Below, one piece after another: positions 60,021 through 64,000 of a stretch of DNA of 64,000 nucleotides. Both the position numbers and the translations under genes were made by a program. Below the pieces are notes generated by a model. That model ran no database searches and had not been told where the DNA came from. It saw only the letters and a program-made list of their open reading frames with translations. Each line of letters opens with the position of its first letter. Positions within the stretch are counted from its first letter, which is position 1. This stretch comes from Azolla caroliniana (taxonomy: Eukaryota > Plantae > Polypodiophyta), in contig JBHGNT010000003.1 of assembly GCA_043228905.1 (NCBI GenBank), positions 10,974,001 through 11,038,000 on the forward strand, written 5' to 3'.

Positions 60021-63000
60021 TATTATAGATCTTGGTACTAACGTAAGCTTAAGATAAGGATAATGAAAAGATAGATAGAAAGGAGAAAGAGAAAGAAGGG
60101 TGCCGATCCACCCGACCACCCCCGAGCGAAGGGATCGAGACGGACTCGAGCCTCGATCGGCGTCCCATACCACCGACGTGGTGTCGAGTCGTACCTGGTG
60201 CTGGCGCGCTCGCTACAAGAGTTGACCCACCACACGAGCAGAGTCTCGATGTAGTCAAAAGATGATCAAATGAGGGTAGCTAGGCCTCTTATTTATAGCG
60301 AAACCCAAGGCCCCCAGGCAAGTTCACACTTGACCTAATGGGTTGTCTCAATCCCGAGGATTAAAAGTAATCCTCCCCTTCTTTACACTCTCATTTAACC
60401 CTCACACTTATCCACGTGTATAGAATACTACGGTAAATTCTTACCACGGGATATTATATGGTCATGCCCGTAACATACTCCCCCTCTTTAAAACATTGCA
60501 CTCTTGCAATGGAAAGTTAGGGAAGTTAGTTCTAAGAGTATTTTCGCGTTCCCATGTGGCATCTTTTATTGATTTATCCATCCATTTTATTTTGAATTCT
60601 CGGATTTCTTTAGTACGTAATTTTTTTGTTTTAACATCGAGAATTCTTTCTGGTACATGTGGTTTAGAAGATAATTCTTCAGAAGTAACCAGAGTTTCAG
60701 TCGTAACTGTATTGAAAGACTGGATGAATTCCGACACCATCGGGAAGAGCGAGACGATAGGCTGATGACCCAATGCGTTTGAGGACTGTAAAAGGTCCAC
60801 AAAACCGTGGGGCTAACTTAGCGCACTTACCCGTAGACAATGTCTTAGAATTGTGAGGTACACGTAAAAATACCTTCTGTCCAGGGTTGAATACACGAGG
60901 TTGCCTATGATGATCGGCATAAAAACGTGCTCTATCTTGAGCTGTTTTTATATTATCTCGTGCAATATGCAACATATCTTGCATATCCCGAAGAAAGTTT
61001 TGCGTACTTCGCAACTCATCATGATGTATATTAACATCAATCGGGGCTCGTGGCTGAAAACCAAACATCAACATAAAAGGACTATATCCCGTCGACGTAT
61101 GCTTGGAGCTGTTATAAGCAAACTCCAAAATTGGGAGATAACGTTCCCATTTTGTTGGTTTTGCACCAACGTATGCTTGAAGCATGTCCTCAATAATTTG
61201 ATTTACTCGTTCTGTCTGTCCATCGGATTGAGGATGATCCGTGGAGCTCATGCTCAACGTAGTTTCTAACTTCTTAAAGACTTGTGTCCAGAAGTCACTA
61301 GTAAACTTTGGATCTCGATCACTCACGATATCCATCGGTAACCCATAAAAACGAAACAATTCGTCAACAAATTGGTAAGCCAATTCAGGAGCTGTTACCG
61401 TGGTTTTAGTAGCAATAAATCTGGCCATTTTAGTTAGTCGATCAACGACAACCCAGATGGCATCATGACCTTTTTGGGTGCGAGGAAGGCTAACAATAAA
61501 ATCCATGGATATACTTTCCCACTTATTATTGGGAATGTCCAAGGGATGTAAAAGTCCTGCGGCTTTAAGTCGCTCGACTTTGTTAACCTGACACTGGTGA
61601 CATTTAGTCACATAGCTATGTATGTCAGGACGCATCTTAGGCCAATAAAATTGAGTGGAGATGAGAACGAGTGTACGATGTATTCCAAGGTGCCCTGCTG
61701 AGGGTGCATCATGGCATTAAAAAAGAATCCTCTTTTTGACCTCGGGTAAATCTGGAACACAAACCTTCCCATTACGGTAGAGCAAACCGTTAGCAATGTG
61801 GAAGTATTCCTTCAAGGATGTGCTGGTGTCTGTTCCAGACTCAACTCTAGCCCAGTATTTTGTGAAATAACTGTCATCAGGATACTTTCCTCGAAGGTGA
61901 TCATAAAGATCTGATGATATTTCAGTGAAGCTAAGCGTGTTAACTTCACGGATGCGACTTAGTGCATCAACGACAATGTTCATGGAACCTTTACGATATC
62001 GTATGGAAAAATCAAAGTCCTGGATGAGATCAGCCCATCGTGCCTTACGACCTTTCAGGTCTTGTTGGTCACAAAAATATTTCAAGGACTCGTGGTCCGT
62101 AGTTACCACAAAGTGATTTCCATAAAGATAATGGCGCCATGTTTTGAGCGCATGTATAACTGCAAATAATTCCTTTTCTTGAACGGTATACTGACATTGA
62201 GCAGAATCAAGTTTCTTACTCTCGAATGCTATTGGTTTACCATCTTGATACAAGACTGCACCTATAGCATAATCGCTTGCATCGGTTTCAACCTCAAAAG
62301 GTTTTGAAGGATCAGGTAAAAGAAGTGAAGGAGCCTTGCAAACTAGGTCCTTGAGTTCCTTAAATGCAAGGTCTAGTGTAGCATTCCACACAATAGGTTT
62401 TGTAGACTTACGCGTTTGACCTTTTAAAAGATCAGTAAACGGCATCGTCAATTGGGAGTAATTACGAAGAGACTTTCGCAAAAACCCGACAAAACCACGG
62501 AATGATCGAACTTCTCGAATATTCCGAAGAGTGGGCCAAAGCTTGATTTTTTCAATGCGAGAAGGATCAATTTCAACTCCTCGTTCGGTTATGAGATGTC
62601 CTAGATAAGTAATTGATTTCTTGAAGAACTCACATTTTGAGATCTTCGCATAAAACTGTTTGTCACGCAATGTTTGTAAAACAAAGCGAACATGTCTAGC
62701 ATGTTCTTGTAATGTACGGCTATAAACTAAAATATCATCCAAGAAAATAACGACAAATTTTCCAAGTTGTTCTCGGAAAATGTCATTCATTTCTTGTTCA
62801 AAAGTAGCCGGAGCATTGGTCAAACCAAAAGGCATAACCAAAAACTCGTAATGGCCATAGCGCGTACGAAATGCCGTTTTAGGAACATCGTCCTCACTTA
62901 TTCGTATTTGATGGTAGCCAGTACGGAGATCAAGTTTCGTAAAATACCGAGCTCCCTGGAGACGGTCAATTAGATCGTCAGCCCGGGGCAATGGATATGA

Positions 63001-64000
63001 ATTCTTGATCTTCACTTTATTCAAGCGTCGGTAATTAATACACATACGCCATGTGCCCTCTTTCTTTTTAACCAAGAGAACTGGTGCACCCCATGGAGAT
63101 TTACTATAACGTATATAACTCATTCGTAAATAGTCCTTGAGTTGCTTAGATACCTCATCTTCTTCGGATCGACTTAAGCGATACGGAGGTATACTTATTG
63201 GTGCAACACCAGGTACAATATCTATACGATGGTCTATATTACGTTTAGGAGGTAACCCATCAGGTAGTTCACTTGGAAAAACATCATGAAAATCATTTAA
63301 GATTTCATCAAGTTGTTGTTGTTCAAAATATGTTAATTGAATCGGGACATTATCGATATTGTAAACGTGAATGTCCGGATCAAGTACACAATAAAATAAC
63401 GTAGAACAAGACAACTCGGATATTGATGGACACGAGGAAACAATCGAGAGGGATTGTTTTTTTACACATTGAATAAAATGCGTACAATCGTTCAGTACAA
63501 AAGAAATGGAATGACGAACCCAATCAATAAATAAAGAAGAGTTTTTATTATAAAACCAGGGATAACCCAGTATTACATCAGTGGTACAAAGATTCATTAC
63601 ATGGAAGTCTACTTCCTCTATATAAGTATCAATAGAAATTCCTAATGAATGAATCGCCCCGTTGATGTATTGTACTCTTCCATCAGCCAAGTGCACCGTG
63701 TAGGTGTGATCACTTACGGTGGGTTGGATTCCCCATATCTGAACCAAACGATCATTCACAAAATTGTGTGAGCTTCCCGAATCAAATAAAAACTGTACGG
63801 GAGATCCATTGATATACCCGTTTGCACGTAGTAAATCATTGGGACCCAATACATAGTGAGGGAAAGAACATTGACAATTACTTAAATGATGTGTATAGAC
63901 CTGAAGGACATTAGGAATTTGACCTTTATGGTCTGCAGCTTTAGCTTTGTTGTCGTGCTCTTTCCGTTGGAGCTTTCGACATTGATCTTTTGTATGACCC
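60021..64000 (-). mobile_element. Gypsy-A copy 3, best preserved; continues beyond the window
   Basis: 3' LTR 60021-60475, PPT 60476-60489, chromodomain PERILDVK...KW...DATWE, INT 60697-61635, PR-RT-RH ORF 61717-63849. Confidence 0.95.

Overview
Eukaryotic, plant-type heterochromatin made almost entirely of nested LTR retrotransposons. A seed-free plant such as a fern, lycophyte or bryophyte is likely; this is inferred from a Tcn1-like self-priming chromovirus and tRNA-Trp-primed gypsy elements with 4-bp TSDs. No intact host gene is present; the only recognisable host sequence is a CHMP1/VPS46 pseudogene fragment. LTR ends, PBS, PPT and target-site duplications (TSDs) resolve these elements: two copies of one copia family (2313-19731 +, 23796-43631 -), a Tnt1/Tork-like copia (14189-19626 -), three copies plus derivatives of a chromovirus family 'Gypsy-A', a Tcn1-like chromovirus (24194-30313), Tat-like remnants, and a tRNA-Trp-primed non-chromovirus family. 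The most unusual observations are: (1) two independent Gypsy-A insertions within 2 bp of the same copia RT site; (2) an 8.3-kb tail-to-tail composite and a 274-bp foldback, both integrated through two U3 ends; (3) a PBS extended through the tRNA-Trp T-arm with exactly A58 missing; (4) a bipartite tRNA-Arg site on the U3/PPT side of two LTRs; (5) antisense tRNA-like Pol III cassettes in three LTR families; (6) a conserved -1 frameshift pseudoknot after the protease. All alignments and counts were done by eye, so coordinates may be off by a few bp. Family names A-D are my own labels.
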